Assembly (NCBI GenBank): GCA_963724765.1 | Contig: CAVRVY010000001.1 | Location: 1 to 64,000, forward strand | Reading direction: 5' to 3' | Source: an uncultured delta proteobacterium | Lineage (GTDB): Bacteria; Desulfobacterota; Binatia; Binatales; Binataceae | Length of the DNA: 64,000 nt | Shown: positions 1 through 10,498 of the stretch, one piece after another | How the letters are laid out: each line of letters starts with the position of its first letter | How positions within the stretch are numbered: the first letter of the stretch is position 1 | Notes under the pieces: generated by a model | What the model was told of the DNA's origin: nothing | The model's database searches: none | What the model saw: only the letters and a program-made list of their open reading frames with translations | Position numbers and translations under genes: made by a program

Positions 1-1141
1 GCTTCTCCAATCCGGTTTCCGCCACTAAGAAGTTTTCCTCCCAGGGAAATATGCCTTGGTTGGTCGACGCAAACCATTCCGGTGCGATCACCATCCCCGG
101 CTCAAGGCGAAGACCCGAGGTCACACGGGCGCTGAACCAGGGTCGTTCGACTACCTCGAAGCCCAAGCTGTGTCCTAGGAACGCGCCTTCCAGCGGATCG
201 CGCAATCCGTGTCGACGCATCCTGTCACGGCGACGGTGTCCTGGGCAATCTCGCCCCAGAGGGCGTCCCGGCCGCCAGCCCTCAAGCGCCTCGTCGTACA
301 CGCGGCGTACCAGATTATAAACTGCGATCTCCTCGGTGGTGGGCTCGCCCCAAGCCAGCAGGATATCGTAGTCGCAGCTATATATAGCCCTTATACGTTG
401 CTCCCGCATCAAACCAGTGCAGCTCGCCCGGTTTCATCTGCCGTTCAGTCGACTGTGCGCGAAAGAAGGCCCAGGCGGGATGCGTAATTGACAGAACGAA
501 ACCCATGTCGGTTGCGCCCGCCTCGCCTTGGGCGCGAACCATCTCGAAGATGAGGTCGCTCTCGGTCATTCGCCGAGAGATGCGACTGGCAAAGATGCGG
601 AAAGCTCCATTTTGGATCTTTACGACGCGACGCAGGCAGGCGATTTCGGTGGGCGTCTTGATCATGCGCAGGCGCGAGAAGAGACCGGTTGCGTCGACCA
701 GTTCGAGATGAGACAACTCTCTGTGCAAAGCATCCAGCTCGCCTGGGGTGATGGCGGCCAAAGCCCCCAAGGCTATACCCACCCGACCCGCTCGTACGCC
801 TGAACCCTCAAGGATGTGCTTGATCATTGCTGGCCTCTCGTTCAATGGCGCAACGACCGGCGGGATGTCGCGAACGTGAGTTTCCGCTGCGTATGCGTCA
901 GCCGTGAGCTTGAGTCCGGTTAAAGCTGGTTCGCCCTCTAGCGGCAGCACAGCTTTGGGAAGCATTAGCTGGTGACTGTACTCGCTCGTCTGGCGCCCGA
1001 GGCGCCGGTGAAACCTGTTAGCCAGAACTGGTTACCTGGGCTGTAGCCGATCAGCGCGCGAAGACCCGATCGGTCCATGCGCTCCCGCGCCCGCGCCCAG
1101 CGCTCTTCGAATTCGGTCTTGGGGAAAATGGGCTCAGCCAT
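1..1141 (-). pseudogene. Xaa-Pro aminopeptidase/creatinase (M24) family, frameshifted, runs off the left edge
   Basis: N-terminus MAEPIFPKTEFEERWARARERM, then LRMIKTPTEI and FDAGATYKGY. The C-terminus GHSLGFEVVERP...LEPGMVIAPE continues in other frames below 378. Several indels. Confidence 0.8.
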
Positions 1142-1257
1142 AAATACCTCCGACGCATAGCACAGACACGTGGCACACTCGCGAAGCCCCAATCCGTGTC
1201 ATAGCTCGCATCTTCCTGGATAGTCATTGCGCTCTACACGGATCTCGACCACTTGAG

Positions 1258-1731
1258 CTAAGTCTTAGGCGCCACTTTGAACACGCCGCTCGCCCGTCCG
1301 ATCTTCCTACCTTCGCTCCTGATGTAGCAGTTAGCGAAGGCTATCTCGCGCCCAACCCGTTTGAAGTCGGTCTGCGCTTCGATCCACTGACCACGGCGGG
1401 CGACTCCAATGAAGTCGTACGTAATACTCGTCGTAAGCAGTGAAACAGGGGGATCACTATGCCGCTCGGCAGCTTTACCAAGAGCAACGTCGGCGAGCGT
1501 GACGAGCAGTCCTCCATGGGCGAATCTGCGCCGGTTGCAATGGTGCTCAAGCACGCAAAAGCCGAACACCAGCCCGCGATCGTCGTTCCGTTCATAAAGC
1601 GGTCCGACGCGGTCGAGGAAAGGACCAGGCTCAGTGTAGGGCACGAAACCCTCCGGCACCGTCACTTCGGCACTCGTCGTTCCTTCAGGAGGTCGTCTCT
1701 CTCGCGGGCCTTTGTCATCGGCTGTGCTCAT
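1258..1731 (-). CDS. PaaI/hotdog-fold thioesterase
   Basis: HCNRRRFAHGGLLVTLADVALG motif. Confidence 0.9.
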   Translation of the reverse strand: MSTADDKGPRERRPPEGTTSAEVTVPEGFVPYTEPGPFLDRVGPLYERNDDRGLVFGFCVLEHHCNRRRFAHGGLLVTLADVALGKAAERHSDPPVSLLTTSITYDFIGVARRGQWIEAQTDFKRVGREIAFANCYIRSEGRKIGRASGVFKVAPKT

Positions 1732-2351
1732 TAAATCGTTCCTCTCCTCTTCCCTGCTCTAGGTCGTCTATTGGCGTGGCGGCTCTGGACGATCGCATGG
1801 TAGGTCCGCCGGATCAGCTCGTCGACGACCGGCGGCGGTGACTCACGCCGGCGCAGGTGCGGGATAACCGCAGCCTTAGGCACGTCGGCCAGCAGGAATT
1901 GCGCGATCCGGAGTTGCTCGGGATTGGCTTCGCCGAAGGTATCGCGCGCAAATTTCTCGTAGCAGGCATCGACCCGCTGAGCCTGCAATCCGACTCCCCG
2001 CTTGAGTGCCTCCGGCCATTCGCCCTGTACGAAGTCGTCCCTGTGGTAGAGCAGAAGGAGGCGGGCGTCGTCGAGGTGCGCGCGCACCCAAACCGGAGTG
2101 TGCAGCGCCGCGGCAAGGCCGTGGCCAGTTTCAATCGCCGCCACAAAATCCTCCTGGAACGCCAGCGCGGTGGCCAGCCATAACTCGCCCAGGAGTAAGT
2201 CGCGTGAAGGGAACCGGTAATAGAAGGAGCCGGTAGGCGCCCCGAGGCGTTGGGTAACGGAGCCAACCGTCACGCCCGCTGGGCCGCTCTCGTGAGCGAT
2301 GTCGCGAGCCGCGCCGAGAAACCTCGCGTTATTGAATTGAGCTCGCCCCAT
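1731..2351 (-). CDS. TetR/AcrR family transcriptional regulator
   Basis: N-terminal HTH GPAGVTVGSVTQRLGAPTGSFYYRFPSRDLL; abuts the thioesterase gene. Confidence 0.9.
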   Translation of the reverse strand: MGRAQFNNARFLGAARDIAHESGPAGVTVGSVTQRLGAPTGSFYYRFPSRDLLLGELWLATALAFQEDFVAAIETGHGLAAALHTPVWVRAHLDDARLLLLYHRDDFVQGEWPEALKRGVGLQAQRVDACYEKFARDTFGEANPEQLRIAQFLLADVPKAAVIPHLRRRESPPPVVDELIRRTYHAIVQSRHANRRPRAGKRRGTI

Positions 2352-2356
2352 CTTTG

Positions 2357-2386
2357 TAGAATATAGATTCTAGAACTAATCGTCTA
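2357..2386. promoter_or_regulatory. Two overlapping palindromic operators, probable TetR autoregulation
   Basis: TAGAATatagATTCTA (2357-2372) and TAGAactaatcgTCTA (2371-2386), immediately upstream of the TetR ATG. Confidence 0.6.
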
Positions 2387-2643
2387 GAGCTACGATCATT
2401 TTGAACGTAACTGAAGGACACGAGGCGTTTGACGTGAGAGCTGCACCCCATCGTGCCCGCTCCACCATGCCGTTGCGGCGCTTGCAAGTGTGACCTAGAC
2501 TAATTTATCAACTGGTACAAAAGATCGGGCAGGCCACGCTCTGAGGACACTGACGACCAGTCCGTTCAGCTCGAAAGCTACAGCATGATCAACTGATCTG
2601 ACTGTGGTTTCGAGCGAATCAGCACTGCACAATTTCATGCGCA

Positions 2644-3093
2644 TCACACATCGTGACGCTGCTTCTCGTATTCGTTGGCAAGCGACCACGCCGAGTAACC
2701 CGAGAATAGTTGAATCAAAACGCCGTGACTTGAGCTCGGCGAGATGAACGCATCATGACGCTCAGGTGTGTCGCTGTCGTTGATGACCCGCATTCCGCTG
2801 TCACGCAGCCTCTCGGCCTCCCACTTCGAGCCAGGAATATTGAACGCTATGTGATGCATACCCTCGCCGCGACGCTTTAAAAAATCGTGAAGGAACGAAT
2901 TCGGGCCGAGCGGTTCGATCAGTTCGATCGCAACGCGGTATAGCTCAAGCTTGCAAAGCCGATAACCCTTGTCGGGACGCTCGAGTTCGTACATGAAGCG
3001 CCCGCCCATCACGCGCTCGTAAAACTGGCGCGCTTGTTCGATGTTTTTGACCGCGATCGCAATGTGATCCAAAACCCCAACACCCCTAGCCAT
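2644..3093 (-). CDS. VOC/glyoxalase family protein (methylmalonyl-CoA epimerase-like)
   Basis: LDHIAIAV...IELIEP...RGEGMHHIAF...HGVLIQL. Confidence 0.85.
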   Translation of the reverse strand: MARGVGVLDHIAIAVKNIEQARQFYERVMGGRFMYELERPDKGYRLCKLELYRVAIELIEPLGPNSFLHDFLKRRGEGMHHIAFNIPGSKWEAERLRDSGMRVINDSDTPERHDAFISPSSSHGVLIQLFSGYSAWSLANEYEKQRHDV

Positions 3094-3114
3094 CCCGGTT
3101 CTCCTTCGATTCGG

Positions 3115-3420
3115 TTACGCTGGTAAGTCCCAAGCGCCAAACGCGCACAGTTGGCAGAACGGCCAATCGAACCCTGCATTCAGGGCCTCGTCGACCAGGT
3201 TGAGCTGGGCGTCGAGATCGCCAGACCAGCCCTTGTCGTCCATCTCAAAGAAGCTGCGATAGCCGGAGACAGCGTCAGCGCCTCGCGCATCCACGAACGT
3301 CTTCAAACATCTTCGCCGCACGCATGGGTCGCAACGTCGGCGTCTTCACACGCATAGGCGAGACGATGGCGTGGCCAATTCCTTTGCTGCCACCGGTGAT
3401 TACGGCCACTCTTGGCCGCG
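3115..3420 (-). pseudogene. Degraded SDR oxidoreductase remnant
   Basis: RVAVITGGSKGIGHAI (TGxxxGIG) followed by out-of-frame fragments such as FFEMDDKGW. Confidence 0.5.
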
Positions 3421-3714
3421 CAAACGCCTCACCCGAAGTCTCCTTCCGGAAAATCTGAGTCCACCTCTGCTTGTAAACACTCCGCCGGCACGAATGTGAA
3501 ATCATCTGGAAGAGCTAAGCAAACCTTGATAAACAAGAGTGTCGATGTGCTTCCTTCGATACGGTTCATGCGCGGTGCCGAGGCGCCAGGAACCAACCGA
3601 GGAGCTCTTCGGGCGGGGCGCGCGAGCGCGACCACCTTCAGGATCGAACGTCGAACATATTTGGAAACATCATCGTGATTTGCCAGGCAGCATCCGATTG
3701 CTGGCCGTCGCTTC

Positions 3715-4632
3715 TCATTTGGCAGCCTCTTCGAGGTTGGCGAGCAACAGGTGGAAATAGATCAGCCCCTGAAACGGAGCCCAGTGACGAAGTATTGCGC
3801 GTACTTGGTCATACCTCAGGGTCCGCTTTGCGGAAAGGCCCATCAACCGGCGCAAGCTGTTTTGTCCTCCAACGTCGTCGCCGGGAAAGACGCTCAATCT
3901 GCCCAAGCCTCTGAGGAGGATGTACTCCGCGCTCCATCGACCTATCCCTTTGAGCTCCATCAGGCGCTCTGCCGCCAGCCCATCGTCCAGGCTGGTAAGG
4001 GCTTCGAGACGATCTTCGTCAGCTGCCAGAATCCGCGCGAGATCCAGAAGCGCCGCGGCCTTCTGTCGGCTGAAGCCTAATTTACGGAGAGCACCAGGCG
4101 TAAGCCGCGCGATGTCGCAGGGCTTGGGGAACGCAAACAGCACTTGATCGTTTCGCGAAAACCTGGCTCCGCTATGCGCGACAAGGCGATTGAGTACCGT
4201 CAGTCCAGCCTCCAGGCTGAGTTGCTGGCAGGAGATCGCGTTGACCGCCGCCTCGAAGACCGTTGGAAACCGCGGCGGTCGGAAGCCAACAAAGCGCTCT
4301 GCGAGTGTCCTCAAATGACGATCGCACGCCGCTAGCCGATAAAAGCCGCTTAGATCAGTGTTGAGACCCAGGAGCTTCTCGACGACGCCGCGCACCCGTT
4401 CCTCGTTCAGGCGGCGCGCTTGATGGATGCAGACGACTTCGAGCTCGGGACGATCCACCGGTGCAATCTGTTTGACAGCAAGATGAATCGGAGAGTCGTC
4501 GATGAGCAAAATCCGCGAGTACTGCGTACCATGCCATCGATCGATGGCGTTACGTGGACGCCGGCGCAGCGCCCAGACGGTCAGATCAAGCCTGAAGGGC
4601 GGATCAGGCCGCAGTATTAAGCGCAATGCCAT
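3715..4632 (-). CDS. alkA: DNA-3-methyladenine glycosylase II (AlkA family)
   Basis: FEAAVNAISCQQLS and HhH-GPD motif LKGIGRWSAEYILLRGLGRLSVFPGDD. Start reassigned to MALRLIL at 4632. Confidence 0.9.
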   Translation of the reverse strand: MALRLILRPDPPFRLDLTVWALRRRPRNAIDRWHGTQYSRILLIDDSPIHLAVKQIAPVDRPELEVVCIHQARRLNEERVRGVVEKLLGLNTDLSGFYRLAACDRHLRTLAERFVGFRPPRFPTVFEAAVNAISCQQLSLEAGLTVLNRLVAHSGARFSRNDQVLFAFPKPCDIARLTPGALRKLGFSRQKAAALLDLARILAADEDRLEALTSLDDGLAAERLMELKGIGRWSAEYILLRGLGRLSVFPGDDVGGQNSLRRLMGLSAKRTLRYDQVRAILRHWAPFQGLIYFHLLLANLEEAAK

Positions 4633-4678
4633 CCGCTTATCGTAGTTGAAATCGCCTACCTCGGAGGGTGCAGCCAAG

Positions 4679-5182
4679 TCATAAACTAGATGAACTGACG
4701 AAAGGAGGGTCGGGGCTATGACGGCGTCTGCAGCGTGTGGAGCAGATGGTGCCGTATACGTCCGCGACCAAAGCGCCCAAGTTGCGGTCACTACCGCCTC
4801 TAAGGTTACGCTGGGATTCACAGGCTATATCGTCTAGTGAAAGCAGTCCGAGGAGTGCGCCATGGGCATCGAGAACCGGCAGGCGGCGCACAAGGTTTTC
4901 GCGCATCAGCCTCGCAGCACCCTCAACGTCATCTCCGCTTTGGCAGGAAATCACTCTCCGGGCCATCGCCGTCTCCACTCTTAGTTCACGCAGGGACCCG
5001 CCCTGCGTATACGCCGCCATGCAGATGTCCCGGTCAGTCAAAAAGCCGACCGGCCTGAAATCTTCGTCCACTATCGGGACCGAGCCACACGCTTCCTCCC
5101 ACATAATTTGCGCGGCGTCGTTAAGGGAATCGTGCGGGTGGCAGACCCTTACCTGATGCTTCATCAGCCGTTTGACTTCCAT
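4679..5182 (-). CDS. CBS-domain pair protein
   Basis: VGFLTDRDI and VRRLPVLD...LLGLLSLDDI. Confidence 0.9.
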   Translation of the reverse strand: MEVKRLMKHQVRVCHPHDSLNDAAQIMWEEACGSVPIVDEDFRPVGFLTDRDICMAAYTQGGSLRELRVETAMARRVISCQSGDDVEGAARLMRENLVRRLPVLDAHGALLGLLSLDDIACESQRNLRGGSDRNLGALVADVYGTICSTRCRRRHSPDPPFVSSSSL

Positions 5183-5233
5183 CGTATCTCCTCCGTCGAT
5201 TGTTTACCTCAAACCTCCTGACAAGGTCGGGCG

Positions 5234-6307
5234 TTAGGCTTTGAAGATGTCTAGATTCGGCGGCCCGGCCACCTCAATCTCCGCCATCACGCCTTTGTTC
5301 AGCGCCCGGGTCATCGCGTGGTCGACGATTTTGATTGTCTGTGGGACCGGAAGCTCCATGTCGGCGACGATCGCGTTTCCGGGTGGCACAGGCACGCTCT
5401 GAAGAAAGCGCATCGGTGGCATCGCGAACGCGCCCATGATCCAGGCTCGCGACCAGATGTTCCCGATGGGATGAAGGCTTGAGAGCAGGTTCGGCCCGCC
5501 GTTGACCATGAAAAGGCGTACGGTCTCACCGACCTTGGCTTTCATCGCGCCGAAGCGTTTGCCGGTAATCGCGTTGAACGCGCCGTTGAAGACGACGTAC
5601 GTCGGGCTCTCCCGCAGCAGACGTTCGGAATCGAACTCGCGCGGCCCGGGCGTCCCCGGCAGCTGCTTCGTGTAGGTCTCGTTCTGGCCAAGGTAGAACT
5701 CGCGATCGACGTGGGGAAGGCCCCGTTCGGGTTCTACCACGATCATGCCGTACATCCCTCGCGCGATATGGATGTCCATCTCTCCCGGCACCGCACAGTG
5801 ATAGGTGAAGGCGCCCGGATACATCGTCTTGAAGGTGATGGTCTTGCTCTGCCCGGGCAGAACAGTCAGCGGGTCGGCGCCGCCGCCCGGGCCGTACACC
5901 GCATGGAGATCGATGGAATGCCACGTGCTGCTGCGACGATGGTTGCGCAACGTCAGGGCGACGGTGTCGCCTTGGCGCACCCGGATCATCGGTCCCGGCA
6001 CTTGGCCGTTGAAGGTCATGTAGGAAAATTTCGCGCCCGGCTCGATCTCGGCGTCCACCTCACGCGCGTCGAAAGTTACTTCGTGATGAATCGGACGGCT
6101 CCTTCCCGTGATCGGCGGTGGGATGCGAGTGGGCTCGGCCACGACTCCGCGATCGAGTTCCGCCGCGGTGGCCGCGACGGAATGAGAACTCGCCACGCTC
6201 GATTCACCGCCGGATGTTGCAATTGCGCTGCCGGCACCAATCCCAATCAGGGCGGCTCCGGCTCCTAACACGCGGAAGAGTTCTCGACGGGAGATGATCG
6301 ATGTCAT
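5234..6307 (-). CDS. nirK: Copper-containing nitrite reductase, Tat-exported
   Basis: Tat signal SRRELF; copper ligand motifs HSIDLH, YHCA, HIARGM, SSLHPIG and VDHA. Confidence 0.92.
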   Translation of the reverse strand: MTSIISRRELFRVLGAGAALIGIGAGSAIATSGGESSVASSHSVAATAAELDRGVVAEPTRIPPPITGRSRPIHHEVTFDAREVDAEIEPGAKFSYMTFNGQVPGPMIRVRQGDTVALTLRNHRRSSTWHSIDLHAVYGPGGGADPLTVLPGQSKTITFKTMYPGAFTYHCAVPGEMDIHIARGMYGMIVVEPERGLPHVDREFYLGQNETYTKQLPGTPGPREFDSERLLRESPTYVVFNGAFNAITGKRFGAMKAKVGETVRLFMVNGGPNLLSSLHPIGNIWSRAWIMGAFAMPPMRFLQSVPVPPGNAIVADMELPVPQTIKIVDHAMTRALNKGVMAEIEVAGPPNLDIFKA

Positions 6308-6333
6308 GGTTTACGCCTCCGGCATCCGTGTAG

Positions 6334-6708
6334 TCACGCCTTTCGCAATTTTCTGTCGAGCAACTCTTTAAGCACGACGGCCTGGTTGTGCTGCTGATCC
6401 TTGGCGCTATAGACGAGCGTCAGGGTTCCACTGCGGGCGATCTCGAGCAGTTCCGCCAGCAAAGATGCCGCTTCAGGGCGTTTGAGTTCGTTCAAATAAC
6501 GCTTGCGAAATTCCTGCCATCGAGCAGGGTCGTGGCCAAAGAACTGCCGCAGCTCATTGCTCGGGCCGAGTTCGCGCATCCATTTCTCGACCTGCGCCTC
6601 CTGCTTCTTGACACCGCGAGGCCACAGGCGATCCACCAACATTCTGGTGCCGTCACCACGACTCGGAGGATCGTAGGCTCGTTTGATGGCGATCATCGTG
6701 GCGCTCAC
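6334..6708 (-). CDS. DUF488 (YeaO-like) protein
   Basis: IKRAYDPPSRGDGTRMLVDRLWPRGVKK...HNQAVVL. Confidence 0.92.
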   Translation of the reverse strand: MSATMIAIKRAYDPPSRGDGTRMLVDRLWPRGVKKQEAQVEKWMRELGPSNELRQFFGHDPARWQEFRKRYLNELKRPEAASLLAELLEIARSGTLTLVYSAKDQQHNQAVVLKELLDRKLRKA

Positions 6709-7886
6709 AGCGGAATGGCTGAATCGAGTTCGGCCAGTGTAAAAGTGTGTCCTTCGCTGATGAGCGCGCGCGCTCTTTCAACCTTCTCCCACACGTTCCA
6801 CAGTAGAACGCCTCGTATCGTGCCGGCGCGTAGGTAGTACACGATCCCTTCCCGGTAGGGTTCCTTCCACTTGTTCACCGTTTGGATTCGCGCGTCGATT
6901 TCGCCGACAGCCTCATAGCCGAGTTCGAAAAGGTCGGAGTAAAAGAAGGGGAGGTGCGTATAACGCTCGGAAGCCCCGGTCATATTTCGCCCAGCTAGCC
7001 GACCCATCGTATTGGCGTTGTCTTCGTGCTCAACGCGAATTCGCTTGTTCAGTGCGGGATTGAAGAAATTCGCGACATCGCCGGCCGCATAGATATGAGG
7101 CGCACTCGTCTGAAGGAGCTCGTTAACCACGATCCCGTTGGAGACGTCCAGATTCGCAGCCTTGGCCAGATCAACATTGGGCGTAATTCCGATGCCGGCA
7201 ACCACCGCATCCACCGTGATTGACTGATTGCCGGGTACATGGAGAACGAGGCGGTTTCGATGTTCTTCGAGACCTTCCACGGTTTTGCCGGTCAGAACCT
7301 CGACACCTTTTTCTTGGTACAATCGCGTAACCGAATCCGACAAATCGGCGGGGAACGCGAGCAGCGCTATCCCGGTTTCCGGAAAAATCATTGTGACGTG
7401 CTTGCCGTTCATCGCGAGCGCCGCCGCGATTTCAGAGCCGATGAAACCTCCCCCAATTACCGCGAACCGATCCCCCTTGTCTGCCAGACCACGGAGCCGC
7501 CGGTAATCGTCAAGTGTTCGAAAATAGATGATCGACTCAGTGCCAAACGGCAGATGTCGAGGTGATCCGCCAGTGGCGAGGAGCAGCTTCTTATAGGAGT
7601 ACGCGCCCCCGTCCCGATCCACGACGCGTTGCTCGTTCACGTCGACCCGTGTCGCCGTCGTTCTCAAGTGAAGCGTCACGCCAGCAACTTCGGCGGTTTT
7701 GCGCCATATGCTCTCCAGTTCTTTTCCCTTCCAGAGGCCTTTGGAGAGCGGAGGCCGATCGTAGGGCCCAGCGGCCTCGGCGCAGATGAGCCCTATTGAT
7801 CCGTCGCTGTCGAGCTCCCGAATACCTCGGACTGCGGCATCGGCTGTCATGCCGCCACCTACGATTAAATACTTGTAGTATTCCAT
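6705..7886 (-). CDS. FAD/NAD(P)-dependent oxidoreductase (ferredoxin-reductase/MDAR-like)
   Basis: IVGGG, YDRPPLSK, LATGG, VIGGGFIGSE, IYAAGDVA, PFFYSD. Start MEYYKY at 7886. Confidence 0.9.
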   Translation of the reverse strand: MEYYKYLIVGGGMTADAAVRGIRELDSDGSIGLICAEAAGPYDRPPLSKGLWKGKELESIWRKTAEVAGVTLHLRTTATRVDVNEQRVVDRDGGAYSYKKLLLATGGSPRHLPFGTESIIYFRTLDDYRRLRGLADKGDRFAVIGGGFIGSEIAAALAMNGKHVTMIFPETGIALLAFPADLSDSVTRLYQEKGVEVLTGKTVEGLEEHRNRLVLHVPGNQSITVDAVVAGIGITPNVDLAKAANLDVSNGIVVNELLQTSAPHIYAAGDVANFFNPALNKRIRVEHEDNANTMGRLAGRNMTGASERYTHLPFFYSDLFELGYEAVGEIDARIQTVNKWKEPYREGIVYYLRAGTIRGVLLWNVWEKVERARALISEGHTFTLAELDSAIPL

Positions 7887-7969
7887 TTTGCTTTTCCTGA
7901 AGGCCTTGCTTCGCTCCTGTCGGCTCACGAAGCGGTTCCGTTCTGGTCCGCGAACGTTCTCCCAGCCTT

Positions 7970-8345
7970 CGTTTAAGAGGACCGTCCGCGAAATAGCTCG
8001 TCGAACTGGGTGATATGAGCCCCTTCTCGTCAAACTTCCAATTCTCGTTGCCATAGGCGAGAACAGGTTCCAGAATCATCGTGCCATTCTAGGCAAAGCG
8101 CACGGCGATTCGATTTCCGGCAAAGGCCCACAGCTCCTAGCTCCTTGGCCCACTTGCGCGTGAGAAACTGGATGATCGCCGCGCGGCCCTGGATAAACTC
8201 GCGCGGTTACCCCACCGGTGCTGTTCTCGGCGTGAGCGAGCGCCACCCGTTCCGGGTCGCGCGCATTCCAAGCGTCCTCCGCCATCCGAACTTTCTGGAC
8301 CGCGGTCTCGTGACGGAACGGTGGAAACGGGGGTCGTGATGTCAT
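7970..8345 (-). pseudogene. DUF1348 (SnoaL/NTF2-like) protein, multiply frameshifted
   Basis: RPPFPPF...[23 protein letters not shown], then AYGNENWKFDEKGL in another frame. Confidence 0.75.
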
Positions 8346-8357
8346 AGCAACGTACTC

Positions 8358-9866
8358 TTACAGCTTGCAGTAAACTGATTTGATCTGGGTATAGAGCTCC
8401 AACGAATGCATACCGAGTTCGCGGCCGAAACCGGACTGCTTATAGCCGCCGAACGGCGAGATAACGTCAGAGCCACCATGAGAATTGATCAAAATGGTTC
8501 CTGCCTTCAGGGCACGCGCGAGCCGATGCGCACGGCTGATGTCACGGGTCCACACAGTGGCGGCAAGCCCGTAGAGCGTGTCGTTGCCCTGGAACACTGC
8601 ATCGTCTTCATCCTTAAACGGAATTGCCGCCGCGACTGGCCCGAAAATCTCCTCGCGAGCAATCCGCATATTGTTATCAACGTCGGCGAAGACCGTGGGC
8701 TTGACGAAATAGCCCTTGCCACTCAGTGCCTCGCCGCCGGTTGCCAGCTTGGCCCCCTCTCCCTTACCGACTTCGACGTAGTTCATCACCCGCTCGAACT
8801 GCTCCTTTGAGACGAGCGGCCCCATCTTCGTCTTTGGGTCGAACGGGTCACCCAAGACCATGCTGGCGCTGGCCTTTACGAATTTCTCGACGAAATCCCC
8901 GTACATGTCGCGCTGAACGAAGATACGAGTTCGAGCTGCGCATACCTGGCCTGAGTTGTAGAAGACTCCAATCATCGCGCTTGGCACGGCGCTCTCCAGA
9001 TCGGCATCGGGAAAGATGATGTTGGGCGACTTGCCACCGAGTTCGAGTGACACACGCTTCAAGTTTCCGGCCGAGGCCTGGAGGATCAGTTTGCCAACCT
9101 CCGTCGAACCGGTGAAGGCGACCTTGTCAATGTCGCGATGCTCGGCAATCGAACTTCCAGCACCGGGACCGAAGCCGGTGATGATATTGACGACGCCGTC
9201 GGGCAGACCGGCTTCGAGGATCAGCTCACCAAGCCTGAGCGCGGTGAGCGGTGTTTGCTCCGCGGGCTTCAGGATGACGGTGTTGCCGCATGCGAGCGCC
9301 GGTGCGATCTTCCAGGCAGCCATCAGCAGCGGAAAATTCCACGGGATGATCTGTCCGCACACGCCTATGGGTTCGCGCAGCGTGTAGTTGAACATCGACG
9401 GATCGGACGGATTGGTTTCGCCATAGATCTTGGTGCACCAACCGGCGTAGTAGCGAAAGGTTTCGGCCGCCTTCGGAATATCGATCGCCCGCGATTGCGA
9501 GAGCGGCTTGCCGTTGTCGAGTGTCTCGAGTTGGGCGAGATCATCAGTGTGTTGCTCGATAAGGTCGGCAATCTTGATTAGATAACGAGCGCGCTCGTGC
9601 GGTCCCATCTTGGCCCACCTGCCAGTCTCGAAGGCCTTGCGCGCCGCCTTAACTGCTTCGTCTACATCGCCCTTGTCACCCTCGGCCACCAGTGCGACAA
9701 CGTCCTCGGTGGCCGGATTGATGGTCTCGAATGTCTTGCCGGATTTCGACGACATCCATTGTCCGCCGATGAGGAGCTTCTTCGGTGAGCCATGCAGAAA
9801 CTGGAGCACCGACGGATTTAGAATTATCTGGTCGCTTGCTTGCGTTGTCGCTGCAGTGTCGTTCAC
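8358..9866 (-). CDS. NAD-dependent aldehyde dehydrogenase
   Basis: IIPWNFPL, FTGSTEVG, LELGGKSP, catalytic NSGQVC, EEIFGPV. GTG start after GGAGG. Confidence 0.95.
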   Translation of the reverse strand: MNDTAATTQASDQIILNPSVLQFLHGSPKKLLIGGQWMSSKSGKTFETINPATEDVVALVAEGDKGDVDEAVKAARKAFETGRWAKMGPHERARYLIKIADLIEQHTDDLAQLETLDNGKPLSQSRAIDIPKAAETFRYYAGWCTKIYGETNPSDPSMFNYTLREPIGVCGQIIPWNFPLLMAAWKIAPALACGNTVILKPAEQTPLTALRLGELILEAGLPDGVVNIITGFGPGAGSSIAEHRDIDKVAFTGSTEVGKLILQASAGNLKRVSLELGGKSPNIIFPDADLESAVPSAMIGVFYNSGQVCAARTRIFVQRDMYGDFVEKFVKASASMVLGDPFDPKTKMGPLVSKEQFERVMNYVEVGKGEGAKLATGGEALSGKGYFVKPTVFADVDNNMRIAREEIFGPVAAAIPFKDEDDAVFQGNDTLYGLAATVWTRDISRAHRLARALKAGTILINSHGGSDVISPFGGYKQSGFGRELGMHSLELYTQIKSVYCKL

Positions 9867-9923
9867 CGTACGCCTCCATTGCAAAGCTGCTACGTTTTGC
9901 TCCGCGGTGCCCCTGAAAGGGGA

Positions 9924-10355
9924 CTATTTCGTCACTGTTATCTCGCCGACCATGTGGTCCTTTTCGTGCGGGATACATGCGTAGGCGTACCGGCCAGGCA
10001 CCGAAAACGTGTAGCTCCAACTCGCTCCCGGCGGCATGAAGCCGGAATCGAAAGGCTTCGCACCCGCCGGCAGAGCTACGTCATTTTTATTCTGCACCAA
10101 GCTTGGGTCAGTCGTTACGTCGTGAAGGCTCTGCGCGGTGTTTTTCCACACCACCGTCGTGCCCGCTTTGACCGTGAGCTTTTCGGGGACGTAGGCGGGC
10201 GGTTTGTCGGTCATCGTGACCACAATCGTCTTACCCGCCGCACGGGCGGTGCGCGTTGGTTGAGTTGTCATCAGTCCGAAAATTGCGATAACGGTTAGGC
10301 CAAAGAACAGCCTGAAACTTACGAAACGAGAGACCTCTGTCTTCACAGCTCGCAT
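9924..10355 (-). CDS. Periplasmic type-1 copper cupredoxin (plastocyanin/azurin family)
   Basis: Signal peptide; HDV...YACIPHEKDHMVG gives the H, C, H, M ligands. Confidence 0.9.
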   Translation of the reverse strand: MRAVKTEVSRFVSFRLFFGLTVIAIFGLMTTQPTRTARAAGKTIVVTMTDKPPAYVPEKLTVKAGTTVVWKNTAQSLHDVTTDPSLVQNKNDVALPAGAKPFDSGFMPPGASWSYTFSVPGRYAYACIPHEKDHMVGEITVTK

Positions 10356-10498
10356 ACTCCTTGATTCAGTTCCGACTCGACAATCATCGCGCCTCGAATG
10401 TGTGCATCACGGCAAGCGTGGAGTCACCCAGCGCATGCGTCACGAAGGTCTACTTTCCGGCTTGGCAGGTGTGCGACACTTTCAGCAACCGGCCGCCA

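Noticed and set aside
6705-7886. Missing PDH E3 (lpdA)
   Set aside because: Lacks the redox-active GGxCxxxGCxP disulfide motif and looks ferredoxin-reductase-like.
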